Shown here one piece after another: positions 11,678 through 24,180 of a stretch of DNA of 64,000 nt (its first letter is position 1; each line of letters starts with the position of its first letter). The notes under the pieces were generated by a model. That model saw only the letters and a program-made list of their open reading frames with translations, was not told the DNA's origin and did not search any database. The position numbers and the translations under genes are program-made. Source of the DNA: Eledone cirrhosa (lineage: Eukaryota); contig OZ024742.1 of assembly GCA_964016885.1 (NCBI GenBank), forward strand, positions 259,532,001-259,596,000, read 5' to 3'.

Positions 11678-13417
11678 ATGAATTCACCCAAAATGAACTC
11701 TTCCACGCCGAACACCACTGACGCCACCACCACCACAACTGAATCTAAAATTAACAATAACAAAAATAACGATAACAACAACAGCAACAGTGAAATTAAG
11801 AAAAACACCATGTCGTTTGCCAGAGTAGCAAAAAATGTGCGAAGCATTCCAGGTAACTCAGGAGGAATTAGAAGAAGCCAAAAGAATGGTAAAGAAAGAT
11901 GGGTACAGGGTCAGACTCACCCCCCCCCCCCCCCACCACCACCACCACCTAATAAAATGGTGCATAGGCGCCTATGCACCGTGTCTTATCGGACGATTAA
12001 CATAAAATCGCGCCGAGTGGAACGGGCATCGAGTCCCAAATCCAAAAAGCTCTGGCACATGTGTGGGCAAATAAAAACCCACATCAGACGTGGGCAGAAA
12101 TATGGAACCGTGGACGTGTTCTTTGAAACACCACAGGAGGCCAGAGAACACTCCATGGCCCCATTAAGAAGTGACGACTTCACACTCGCCCGAAGCTATT
12201 GTGGCCAGAGACTCGTGAAGATCAGGGTGACCCACGTTCCACCGGCCATCGAAATTCCCTGGCTAATGGCTGCCGTCCTCGCCCTCATCGAAGCCAACAC
12301 CAAGATAATCGAAATAGCGAAAGAAAAGCAGGAGAACTGGTCCGGATCTGGGATGGAGCTCCTGATCCAAGCTGACCAAAAAAGCATTGAGGAGATCCCA
12401 GAGGTAATAGACCTCACTGACGACAGCCACCTCACCGTAATCGTCGAGGGCAGAAGGCCTAGGTGTGTCGTTTGTGATGAAGGAACCCACCTAAGGGCTT
12501 TCTGCCCTCAGGCTAAAATGTTGAGGCCACTTATCTTACCCACCCCAGTGACTCAACCATCAACACCACCAGCAGCAGAGATGGCAGCAACAATTGTAGC
12601 AGCAACAACTGTAGCAGCAACAACTGTAGCAGCAACAACAGAAGCAACTGTAACAGCAACAACCCCAGCAACAGTAGCAAAACCAACACCACCACCACCC
12701 AACGCGCCAGAACTAGCACCACCGCCTACACCATCCATCACGCCACAACCAAATCCAATGCCTGTGGAGGATTTTCCACTCCCCGACATATCGCAACTGG
12801 AGACAGATTGTGACGACGAGGAGTGGGAAACGGTATCAGGAAAAAAGAAAAAAAGAAAAAGAAACCAAAAAAGAAAAAATTCTCTTTCTTCCCCCTCCAA
12901 AAACAAAATACAGAGGGAAACAAATAAACTAACAAACAAAAAAGTTAGGACAGATATGCCACCATCCACACCAGCATCACCAACCCCATCACCACAAACA
13001 CCAACATCATCACCATCATTAACACCAACACCACCATCACCAACACCACGAAAGTCACCAAAAAGCGAAACAGAAACAAACCCACAACAAACGCAAACAA
13101 AACAAAACAACCAAAACGATACACACTACACAGCATTAAATTTGAACAACAGCCAATTATTAAACTACATCCAACACAACACCAGCATCACAGAAAAAAA
13201 CTACACAACAATCCAAAAGTTCCCACCACCTCCACACATACAAATCACTCGCATCACACAGAAAATGTACACGAAACTAAAACAAAAATTGCCCCAAAAC
13301 ATCGGAGACTTCCGACAAGCACTCTCCAGGAGGATTTATAAGGACATCCTTCCGGAGGAGGCCACAAGCAGTGAAAAGGGTGGAGAAACCATCCTTCCTC
13401 TACGAGAAGTAAAGTAA
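11678..13417 (+). CDS. Tx1 ORF1 (gag-like), 579 aa
   Basis: CX2CX4HX4C knuckle CVVCDEGTHLRAFC, Pro/Thr-rich linker, EEWETVSGKKKKRKR basic motif; directly upstream of ORF2. Confidence 0.85.
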   Translation: MNSPKMNSSTPNTTDATTTTTESKINNNKNNDNNNSNSEIKKNTMSFARVAKNVRSIPGNSGGIRRSQKNGKERWVQGQTHPPPPPPPPPPNKMVHRRLCTVSYRTINIKSRRVERASSPKSKKLWHMCGQIKTHIRRGQKYGTVDVFFETPQEAREHSMAPLRSDDFTLARSYCGQRLVKIRVTHVPPAIEIPWLMAAVLALIEANTKIIEIAKEKQENWSGSGMELLIQADQKSIEEIPEVIDLTDDSHLTVIVEGRRPRCVVCDEGTHLRAFCPQAKMLRPLILPTPVTQPSTPPAAEMAATIVAATTVAATTVAATTEATVTATTPATVAKPTPPPPNAPELAPPPTPSITPQPNPMPVEDFPLPDISQLETDCDDEEWETVSGKKKKRKRNQKRKNSLSSPSKNKIQRETNKLTNKKVRTDMPPSTPASPTPSPQTPTSSPSLTPTPPSPTPRKSPKSETETNPQQTQTKQNNQNDTHYTALNLNNSQLLNYIQHNTSITEKNYTTIQKFPPPPHIQITRITQKMYTKLKQKLPQNIGDFRQALSRRIYKDILPEEATSSEKGGETILPLREVK

Positions 13418-13451
13418 GTGGTCTTTCCCATCTTTTCCACTCCATTTCAAC

Positions 13452-16400
13452 ATGACCTTCCTCAGAATAAGCAGCATAAATGCGCGTGACTTGGGGTCGA
13501 CATGGAAGCAGGGCCACCTGCTCAACGACCTCAGGTCACTAAACATAGATGTAGTGGCAATCAGCGAGACCAGAATCTCTGAAGCATGGGCCTTCGCACC
13601 GATCTTCGGCGGCTACGATGTGTACGCATCTCCCAGCCGTCCTGGATCGGGGGGAGGAGTTGCTGTGATTTTTCGGAGAGGTTTGGATCTCGCCATAAGG
13701 GCCATCTTCCTGGGCCCAGATGGTAAGTTGGTGGTGCTGGACGTGACCAGCGGAGACGGGCAAGCTTTCAGGTTAGTGGCCGTCTATGCCCCGACAGGAG
13801 CAGGGCGGCCTGATTTCTTCCGGCGTCTGGAGACCTTTCTTGGAACGTCCCGCTCTTTAGTGTTAGTGGGCGACTGGAACGTGTTCTTAGATGCACGCTG
13901 GGACTGTGTGGGATTAGCGGATAGGGGAGGAGGGTGCAAGAGCCTCACCAACCTGCTCAGGCGTTTTGAACTGTCTGACAGGTACCGATTGTATTTCCCG
14001 AATGTGCCAATGTGGACTTGGACAAATCGCATAGGGTCATCCAGATCATATCTAGATAGAGTATTTTGTAGGGAAATAGATAGGTCTAGCATAGGCTGTC
14101 CACAATTCAAGATAGTCAGCTATGCGGACCACAAGTTCGTGATCTGTGTGCTTGACTTATATAGGCTTCATAGACGAGGACCCGGCTACTGGAAGCTAAA
14201 CGCGTCCTTACCAGCGCGCAAGGCCTACAGAGACCGGATTAGCGAACTAGTTAAGCGGGCGTTGACGGGAGCCATCGTCAACAACAAGTGGTGGTTTGCT
14301 CTGAAAAGAGCGATTGGAATAGTGTCCATTAGATTTAGTAAGGCTTTAGAAATAGAGAAACATAGAGCAGAGGGAGAACTAGTTCGTAAATTAGACGAGG
14401 CGCTTAGCAAAGGCATCGCGACCGACGTACTTGCGGCGAAATTGGCTCTTGACCAATTCTTCAATGCAAAGCACGAAGGCTGCGTTGTCAGAGCTAGGGT
14501 GCGTGCTCTCAGACACGAAGGGACGAAAGCCGTTCAATGGGCCCGAGTGGCGGAGGCGCGTCGTGGCAACAAAGCCACGATCCGGTCTTTGGTGGACCAC
14601 GACGGGCGCATGCTACTCCATCCCGGGCAAATGTGTGAAGCTTTTCAGCGACACTTTGCACAGCTGTTCGGGGGTCAGCGGCGGGCCGGAGCTAGGGATG
14701 GACTTTAGTGTCTACCTCGACGGACTGCCGTGGCTCTCGGCCACTGAGGCGGAGTGTTGCGAAAAGCCGATAACAGCCGCTGAAGTACGGGAGGCAATAA
14801 CTGGCTGCGCAAGGGGTAATACGCCTGGTTTGGATGGTCTGCCCTATGATATTTACGTACAGATGCCAGACTTGTTCGGAGGCCTCTTGGCGGACGTCTA
14901 CTGCAACTGGCAACAGAACGGGAAAATTCGCAGCTCTGTGAGCCGAGGAGCGGTGGCGCTGCTGAGAAAGGATCCGAACAAGGGAGATAACATAGATAAC
15001 ATAGATAACTCTGCTAAACACAGAGTTGAAGATTTTGGCCAAGGTGCTAGCAAAGAGGTTGGCGCTTGTTGTTGGTGGTCTAGTGGGAGAGGCGCAGACA
15101 AGCGCCATTCCAAACAGATCCATCCACGACAACCTCCACTTTCTACTGCACCTGGCAAAAGAACGGAAGAATTCCCCGCTCTGTGAGCCGAGGAGCTATG
15201 GCGCTGCTGAGAAAGGATCCGAACAAGGAGGATAACATAGATAATTTCAGGCCCATAACTCTGCTAAACACAGAGTTCGAGATTTTGGCCAAGAAAGATG
15301 TTGGCGCTTGTCGTTGGTGGTCTGGTGGGAGAGGCGCAGACATGCGCCATTCCCGACAGATCCATCCACGACAACCTCCACCTCATGCGATACATGTAGA
15401 GAGGGTAGCTAGGGAACCTGGCACGGGTGGGTCCTTGATCAATTTAGATCAGTCGAAAGCTTTCGATAGGGTCGACCATCGTTACCTAGCGGCAGTCCTG
15501 AGGGCGGCTGACTTTGGGCCCGTCTTCAGAGGCTGGATCGCTGCCATGCACAGCGACATCTGCTCTGTGGTGAGAGTGAACGGTCACCTTTCGGAACCGT
15601 TCAACATCATGCGCTCGGTCCGCCAAGGATGTCCCCTCTCGTCCCTCTTGAACGTATTGACTCTCGAGCCATTACTGCACAAACTGGAGACGTTGAGGGG
15701 GGTCCCACGCGAACTAGGATGCGGAAGATCCGTGTCAGCATATGCGGACGATGTCACCGTAGTGGTGTCGAACGCCAAACACATCGAGGCGATCGGCACT
15801 ACACTAAAAGAATACGAAGCGGTGACAGGAGCAATGATCAACCAGGAAAAGTCAGTGGGCCTGAAGCTCGGCACCTGTAGAGGCAGGTCCATGCCGTCCA
15901 ACAGCGTCGTCAGGCGCTGGACGGACGGACCGGTTAAATTACTAGGGGTCTGGTTCGGTCCGGACCTCCTGACGGACAAAAACTGGGACGAGGTGACGAG
16001 CAGGGTGGCTTCTCTCACCTAGAAATAGGCGGAGAGGAAGCTATCCCTGAAAGGTCGAGCGGAGGTGGCCAACGCGTACATAACGTCCGTCATCTACTAC
16101 CACCTGACCGTCGTACCATGTCCTAAGCCCCGCCTGACTGCGCTGGAGCGTTTGCTCTTTCGCTTTTTGTGGAAGGGACGCGCTCCAATGGTCAGGCGGT
16201 CCATCTGCTGTCAACATCCGCTACGTGGAGGGCTGGGCAAGCCGTGGCTGATGATGCGCAGACACGCGCTCAGGCTACGACATCTCCACCTCTTCCTCGA
16301 CGGTGATCATGTGTGGTCGCCGTTTGCTAGACACGTCTTTCCCCAGCTCGTCTCCTTGACGGAGCTGCAGTCCTGGGTCAAGCGATGACCGAGAGGGAGC

Positions 16401-16785
16401 GCTTGGAGACTGGAATGTCTTCAGGCGCTCACAGCCCTCGACCAATCGGGCAGTGTCCGAGCATTGCTGACTTGAGGGTTTATGTCGAACACCTGCTGTC
16501 ACGTGTAGGACGGATCCAGATTTCAGCTGAGTCCATTGTGAGGATTGCCCCGCTCTCTTCCTTTAGCCGGGAAGGGCAGGCAGTTTTTATCTGTCTGGTG
16601 GCCATGGCGAAAGAGATAGTATGGTGGACACGTTTGAAATGGCTGACGACGAGCACTTACCTCTTCGGAAAAGGAAAATCAGGGTAGAGCGGGAAGTGCT
16701 CTCTTCCCAGCATTTTGTTGAAATATGGGTGAGAGAAGCAAGTATGGCCCGAGTGAATGGGCCTTCTCTGAGTATGTGTCTCTAA
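13452..16785 (+). pseudogene. Tx1 ORF2 (APE endonuclease + reverse transcriptase), disrupted
   Basis: APE motifs SINARDL, AISETR, LVGDWN, SYLDRVF, ADH; RT motifs PGLDGLP, FRPITLLN, DQSKAFDRV, RQGCPLS, AYADD, LLGVWF. Frameshifts near 14700 and 15000-15400, stop at 16020, internal duplication. Confidence 0.92.
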
Positions 16786-17066
16786 ATTAAAGATGGAAAA
16801 CTGGGAGAGGGCACTTGCCCTGGTGGTCAGGGTCACTGTGTCCGTTTAATGGGCTTTCTCCACAAATGTCCCACGGAAGTCTCCCCCCTATTGGGGAATT
16901 TTTCATTGTTATTTTTTTGTTACATCCTGTTTTTTTTTGTTTTTTTTTCACACGCCCATTTATACCGTCCTGTATTGTCCTGTACTGTCCTTAATGTCTA
17001 CTTTATGTAAACCCTTGTGGTTAATAAAGAAAGAATTATTATTATTATTATTTCTTTATTGGCCAC

Positions 17067-17108
<42 letters not shown>

Positions 17109-17113
<5 letters not shown>

Positions 17114-18451
17114 GGAAATTGACTCTGAGGAAGGATACAAGTATTTGGGCGTTCTGGAGGCTGATGGCATAAAGAACAAAAAAATGAAGGAATTGTTAAG
17201 AGCTGAATACATTCGGAGAGTAAGGAGCGTATTGAAGTCACATCTGAACAGCAGAAATGCCATAAGCGCAGTAAATTCCCGAGCTGTGTCTATTATTAGG
17301 TACAGTGCGGGAATTCTGAGATGGAATGTTGCTGAACAAAAAGAAATGGATAGGAAGACTAGGAAGCTATTGACTATCTACAACATGTTCCACAAGAGGA
17401 GTGATGTCGATAGACTCTACCTAAGGAGATCTGAGGGTGGAAGAGGTCTTATCAGCATAGAGGACTGTGTTCAGATGGAGAAAAACAACCTATACAAATA
17501 CGTGACCTATAGTAAGGAGCCAATGCTCAGAGCTGTACTGAAGGAGGGGACAGTAGGCCAGGGGATATCCAAGGAGGAAATAACATCAAGGAGGAAGAGC
17601 AGCCTTAAGGGAAAATCCCTTCATAGTACCTTCTTTGAGAAAACTGAATTTAGAGATCCACAGACATGGAACTGGTTGAGAAGAGGAGACCTCAAAAAGG
17701 CTACAGAAGGAATGCTAATGGCTGCGCAGGAGCAGGCCCTCAAAACGAAGTGGTTGAAGCACCATATCTACAAGGAGGAGGCTAGCCCACTGTGCAGGAT
17801 CTGTGGAGAGAGAGAGGAGACTGTGGCTCACATTGTGTCCGAGTGTAAACACCTAGCCCAGACCCACTATAAGGGCTGGAGACACGATGTGATGGGCAGG
17901 GTGATCCACTGGCACCTGTGCAAAGTAAACAATCTACCACATTCTGAGAAATGGTATGAGCATAGGCCAGAGGCGGTGATGGAGAACAGTCAGGTGAAGG
18001 TGCTGTGGGATTTTAGGATACAGACGGACAAAAAACTGGAACACAATAGACCTGACCTGGTGGTTGTGGACAAAGAAAAAAGATCGTGCCTGATTGTGGA
18101 TGTGGCCTGCCCGTTCGACACGAGAGTGCAAGAGAAGGAGAGGGAGAAAATTAACCGATACCAGGACCTAAAGTGGGAGGTGAAAAGGATTTGGAACTGC
18201 CATGAAGTCAAAGTGATCCCGATTGTCATAGGCGCACTGGGGACTATCTCCAAAGGTTTCCAGGGATGGTTAAAGAAAATCGGCCCCTTCACGCTTTTTG
18301 GAACGCTTCAAAAGGCATGCTTGCTTGGAACGGCAAGAACCCTCCGATACGTCCTGAATATCTGAGGCTGCAGGTAGTGGCTTGATATTCAATCCAACGG
18401 ACTTTCCAGTTAACCAACATCAATGACTGAGATTCAAGGAATAACAATAAC

Positions 18452-18486
<35 letters not shown>

Positions 18487-18487
18487 G
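17109..18487 (+). mobile_element. 5'-truncated R4/Dong-clade retrotransposon in (TAA)n
   Basis: Nearly identical to 56322-57663 (minus); (TAA)n on both sides. Confidence 0.92.
17145..18365 (+). CDS. Truncated R4/Dong ORF (RT thumb, CCHC zinc finger, restriction-like endonuclease)
   Basis: CRICGEREETVAHIVSEC, RHD, NRPDLVVVD, DVACP, EKINRYQDL. Starts at TTG inside the parental ORF, so probably not independently translated. Confidence 0.75.
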   Translation: MGVLEADGIKNKKMKELLRAEYIRRVRSVLKSHLNSRNAISAVNSRAVSIIRYSAGILRWNVAEQKEMDRKTRKLLTIYNMFHKRSDVDRLYLRRSEGGRGLISIEDCVQMEKNNLYKYVTYSKEPMLRAVLKEGTVGQGISKEEITSRRKSSLKGKSLHSTFFEKTEFRDPQTWNWLRRGDLKKATEGMLMAAQEQALKTKWLKHHIYKEEASPLCRICGEREETVAHIVSECKHLAQTHYKGWRHDVMGRVIHWHLCKVNNLPHSEKWYEHRPEAVMENSQVKVLWDFRIQTDKKLEHNRPDLVVVDKEKRSCLIVDVACPFDTRVQEKEREKINRYQDLKWEVKRIWNCHEVKVIPIVIGALGTISKGFQGWLKKIGPFTLFGTLQKACLLGTARTLRYVLNI

Positions 18488-19011
18488 GTTTTAATGCAGT
18501 TAGTGTTTTGCTGTCATTTAAATGTCAGTGGAATTGACGGCCTTGATCAACAATACTCTCTAATTGAAGAGCACGAAAGATACTGTGTTTATATATTTTA
18601 AGGCACGCTAGCATATTTGTGGAGCCTTATTTTGATAGAGTCGCAGACAAAAGCGAAATGAATATTTGAGTAGATTTTAAAGTAACTGCAGCAAAAACAA
18701 TAACAATTTCTGGTATTATGAGACAATAACGTATCAACTTTTTTTATTATTTAAGAGAGAAACTTATAAGTTGCGGTTTCGTGCAAATTATAAAATTATA
18801 TTAAATTTTAATCGAATATTCTTAGCTCAGTTGTCAAAACAAATTGATACAGAAGGAAAATTGGTGTATGCTGGAGTGGAAAAGGAACTACTTGCCAAAG
18901 AATATGGTTATATTTTTAGAGCACACAATTATATGACATTGATATATATAGAGAAATATCGCCAGATGTATATATACACACATACACACACACACACATA
19001 TATATCTATAC

Positions 19012-19294
<283 letters not shown>

Positions 19295-19802
19295 ATCGGT
19301 AGATAGAATATTTGTATTTCTCAGTGAAAAGCTACTTCAGCATTAGAAGAAGTAGCAACAGAATAGATTATATTTTCTACCTTTTTATAAAATATATTTG
19401 CTGAGAGGTTTTTTATTGCTTGTTTGTTTGTTTGTGTTTCCTTGTAAGGCAATGTTCTTTATGAAATAACCAAACTTTGGTATAAATGCAATATGTTTTC
19501 CTACTGAATTCCATTAAGAGAGAACACTCTCTCTCTCCCTTTCTCTCTCACTTACTCTCTCTCTATATATATATATATTAGTGCATAGGGACAATGTCGC
19601 TTTCCGCGTTTAAAAACACATGTATATTATTTTATTTCCTATTGTAGTATTAGTCATTTATAGATTTCACTGTCATCACATTTCGTCAGCACTCGATTAT
19701 TTAAACTCGGATCCTTCTATATTTGTGTTTCAAAATCTGGGGATGTTTAACTTTGTTTTCTAATCTCACCTCGACATATTTTACAATACATTATTTATAT
19801 GT

Positions 19803-19992
19803 GGCCGGTGGATTGGCAGTATCGGTGGAGGGTCGGACGCCATGCTTTCCAGCATAGTTACGTCCCTTTACGATCTGAGTTCAAATCCCGCCGAGGTTGA
19901 CTTTGCCTTTCATCCTTACGGGGTCGATAAAATAAAGTACCAGTAATGCATTGGGTAATTGCTGGCCTTGTGCCTAAAGTAGAAACAATTAT
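19803..19992 (+). mobile_element. SINE family A
   Basis: Full match with A and B boxes. Confidence 0.88.
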
Positions 19993-20009
19993 TTATATGT
20001 ATGTATGTC

Positions 20010-20525
20010 GGGTCACTCTTGAGTGCTACTGGTCACATGTAACCCAATACAACCCGTCGCATGGTCGGGTCGTTGGCGACTAAACCGGCAACCCCACCAG
20101 GTTTACTTGGTGAGAAGGGTGATTTTTGACACCCTGCAGGACAAAAAACAAAACCTGACACAGGGCGGAAGAACTCATAAAAAAAGTGTGTAAATATGTA
20201 TATACACATGTACCGCGCAGTTAAACCACTGGAAGTGAAGGACCCATAGCCGTTGTCAGGGCATTCTTCTGGGAGAAGACAACTCAGGAGACTGGGATAA
20301 CTTCGATATAAAACCTGCCGCTCAGTAGTTACCGATGATGTTGATCTTTTCTTCTTATCGGGTTATAGCGACTGTCGCTCAGAGAGTGGGATTGGCTCAG
20401 TGCACAGTCTTTCCTCACTTTAAAAAATATCTTCACGCACAGGCATTGCACGATAGAATTAATTAATAAATATTAATAATGGTATATCGTGCAATGGCCA
20501 TACTCGATAGCGAGGGGACAGCCAT
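20010..20525 (+). mobile_element. Dispersed repeat (second copy 28513-28830), possibly a LINE 5'-UTR-derived or non-autonomous element
   Basis: gagtgctactgg...catggtcgggtcgttggcgactaaac...ggtgagaagggtgat...ccgatgatgttga...cactt(t)aaaaaa shared between both loci; here flanked by (GTAT)n. Confidence 0.6.
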
Positions 20526-21228
20526 CATGTATGTATGTATGTATGTATGTATGTATGTATGTATGTATGCATTTACTCTTATTATCCTTGAATGATATAG
20601 AAAATAGCTACAAACGGGTTTGTTAATTCAAATGTTTGTAGTATCTTTAATTTTGATGAGACCTCGGTGAAAAGTTGCAGTATTACGGTAAGGACTTTCC
20701 TCTTTAATAGCCTGTAGTCTAGGATATCTTCCTTATGTGGTGTCATAAGGTTTGTTAATTCAAATGTTTATAAACTCTTTACTGGACAGGTCGTTGAGAA
20801 AATTTGCAGTATTAGAGTAAATGGAATGCTGTCATCATACTGTTTTATAATTTTAAAGGATGCTATTGCAATTTCCATCTTGTATCTGAAGTTAAGGGTT
20901 ACATTCAGTTTAAATAAATCAGCACAAGGGTTTTAATGTATTTTTTCATATATTCTGATATGTCATTTTGTTACAAACTTCTAAGATCGTGCGCCCCTAC
21001 TTTTATTCATTGTTTAGACTGTGGTTATGCTGAGGCACCGTTTTAATATAGTTGACCAAATCATAATATAATAAAGGGAGGATTGCGGGACTGTGTCCTG
21101 AATATATTTTTTTTATCCCGTTAGTAAAATAAGTTACATTACTTTGGATAAATAATGAATGAACATTACATAATTTATATACTAAATTTCGTAGCTGTTG
21201 ATTAAACATAAATATTCTTATATATATA

Positions 21229-22340
21229 CTAGCAGAATGGCCCGGCGTTGTTCGGGCTTCTAAACATAGATTGGCATGTTTATCCCTCTTTTCTGAAACA
21301 GTACAGATAAATACGGAGTACCTCGGCCTGGGGATGGTGTCTACATGTTGTGTTTATAAAAGAAATTCGTCGTAGATTACCAGGGGTTTAACTTAATTGG
21401 GTTCCTGAGAGTAAAATGTTCCACCCATGAAAGCCAAGACGAGAGGGTTAAGTAAAAAGGCATTCGACAAACCGAACATGTATTTATTGTGCTATGGTAC
21501 AATGAAAGCAATAGTTACAGAGCAGTAAGCATGTGGGACTGCAGTGGTGGAGAGCATGAAGGAATTTAGTTGGATACTTTTAAGGTTACAAAAATCTACC
21601 CAATCTGATATAGACCGAACTGTTATATCGGATGCCGAAAGCTTCGGAATTACTATTGGGGTCACCATCAACAATTTCAAGGGATGTACGTTTAAGTAGG
21701 GATAATATAGTCTATAAAGAGAGGTAACTCTTTCAAAATACTAATGGGTGGTCTCTCTTGAACATTGTAGACAAAATTGCCGAACTGACAAAGAAGGCTG
21801 AAAGTGTTAGTGAAAACACGCCTTTAACAACAGAAAATTGAAAAATAAAAGCTGCAGTTAATATCTTTAGACCGCAAGGAATATATAAAGATTAACTTCT
21901 TTTAAAATTTTCAAATGTCAGTACTTCTGGTTAGCGTCCGTATGCTATATTACACCACTTATATAAACATTCATATATTTGCATCATTATATAAGGTTTA
22001 TAATTCCGTCGCTAATGTTCTCCTTTTTCGTTTTCATTACATTTCACGGTCATGCAGTTTATCTATAATATCGTCTATTTTAAATGTATCATGGATTACC
22101 TAATTGATTATAGAAGAGAGTGTAACACAACCTCTCTTCAATTTCTGTGCATATTGTCAATTACGATTATATTTGATATATCATATATACATGCATGTAG
22201 TTTTTCTGCCAAGGGTGGTTTTTCTGCTAGTGTTACTTAATGTATCGATCTCTTTTTTGTCGACTTACTAAGTTACTGGACAGACATACACACACATACA
22301 TAGAGACACAGACAGATACATCTCTCTATATATATATACA
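21229..22340 (-). mobile_element. Non-autonomous Helitron-like element
   Basis: Minus-strand 3' end has a GC hairpin gcccgaacaacgccgggc, a 7-nt spacer and CTAG followed by T. The other end has tatatatatagagagatg plus (CTGT)/(GT)-like repeats, as in non-autonomous Helitrons. The 5' boundary is approximate. Confidence 0.65.
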
Positions 22341-23339
22341 TATATATGCGGTGGGTGTATGAGATGCTTTTTCAGTTTCCATTCACTGATCTCCACTCAA
22401 ATGTCATTAGTTAAACCATCACTACAGTAAAAGAAACTTGTGCAAGTTGCCGCGCAGCAGGACTGAACCTAGAACGACGTAGTAGTGAAGCGAACTTCTT
22501 AACAATACAGCCATATCTGTGCCTACATATGTGGTGGAAGAAGGCTGCAGGCTATAATATCTAATATAGCCCTATGAGATTATTTGTTTTCCAGGTTTTA
22601 AGAATAACAGCAACAACAAAACGATTATTTAAATATAGCCTGCTTACAGAATGGAAAAGATTGATATTGCTATGTGAAAATATATATACGTTTGTATGAA
22701 ATATATGAAAATAATTCGTGTCAAAAGAAGACATTGGTAATAAGGTATTTTTGGAACAGCAAGTGTTTAGAAATGATGGGGAAACAGGCCAGAATTGCAT
22801 TCAAATATAGAATAAACTTTTTAAGGTGAAATTAAATAGCAACCTAAGTTTTAAATATTTCACAATGATTGACAGCATTGTTAATATAAATGTAATAACA
22901 TTAAAAACTGAATAGCCACTCGTGTGCGTTTGTGTCTATTTGTGAGTATGGGTATGTATCTTTGCGTGTGTATTTGTGTATATATATACATATTTATATA
23001 TATATATATTTGATATATATATATATGTTAGGAGACGAGACATCTATATCCCATACTTCAGTTTCACACTGTTTACCTCAAATAGAAATGAAGTTTTCCA
23101 TTTGTTTTTTGTTTTGTTTTTTGTCATCGATGAAAATATTCTTAAAGATGGCTGCTGTTTCATAGTTCTTGCGACAAATATCATAAAATTAGGGTCGCAC
23201 AGAAGGATTATATTGCCCGGGTAGATAGATTGAATTATAGATAGGTACATGGATAGAAGGATGGGTAAATAGACAGATGGATGGGTGGATACATAAATTG
23301 ATTGATACAAAGATAGATGCATTGTTGAGTAGAATGACA

Positions 23340-23340
23340 A

Positions 23341-23414
<74 letters not shown>

Positions 23415-23457
23415 TTCTTTATTAGCCGCAAGGGCGCAACAAGAAAGGGGACAATAC

Positions 23458-23488
<31 letters not shown>

Positions 23489-24098
23489 TGTTTCTTTTAT
23501 TTGCCACTAGGGCATCAAAAGTGGGACAAGTACAAAGGGGGGAGTTTACACAAAAAGGCATCCTCAAAAAGGAGGAGGCAATAACAAAATATAAAAATAA
23601 AATAAGATATAACAAAAAATAAAATTTATAACAAAATCCTCAATAGAGAGGAGGCGCCTTGGGGGGTCGCACACACCCCCGAAAAAAGTGTGCAACCCTT
23701 CTCCTCAGGAGCACAGAGAAGGGGTGCTCCCTTGGTCTTTCATCTTCCTCACCTATAGTCTGATGTAGAGTGAAGGCCCATTCACACGGGCCATTCTCGC
23801 CACTTTCACCCATCTTTCATAGAAACGGCTGGGGTGCAGCACCTCTCTCTCCATCCTGATCCTTCTTCCGAAATGATAACGGAAGAAACGGACCAGTTGT
23901 TGGCCAGAGAGAAAGGTGCCTGACCTCAGTCCTTTCAGACGCGTCCACCATACAACCTCTTTCGCCATGGCTATTACGCACAGAAACACCGCCTCTGCTT
24001 CATCTTTGAAGGGGGGAGGCGGCTTGATCATTACAATAGACTCGGTGGTCAACCGGATCGGTCCCACCCTTGACAGCAGTTGTTCGACATAGCCCCAC

Positions 24099-24177
<79 letters not shown>

Positions 24178-24180
24178 CAT
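23340..24180. repeat. (GATA)n microsatellite interrupted by two Tx1 3' fragments
   Basis: GATA runs at 23340-23413, 23461-23488 and 24099-24180. Confidence 0.9.
23490..24100 (-). mobile_element. 5'-truncated Tx1-clade 3' fragment (second family)
   Basis: WGYVEQLLSRVGPIRLTTESIV...AVFLCVIAMAKEVVWWTRLKG...ARVNGPSLYIRL* is homologous to the ORF2 C-terminus at 16480-16785; 3' UTR with AATAAA. Confidence 0.88.

Larger units (their letters stand above)
11560..17050 (+). mobile_element. Near full-length Tx1/L1-clade non-LTR retrotransposon
   Basis: ORF1 with zinc knuckle, ORF2 with APE and RT, T-rich 3' UTR, AATAAA and (ATT)n tail. The 5' boundary is approximate. Confidence 0.9.
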
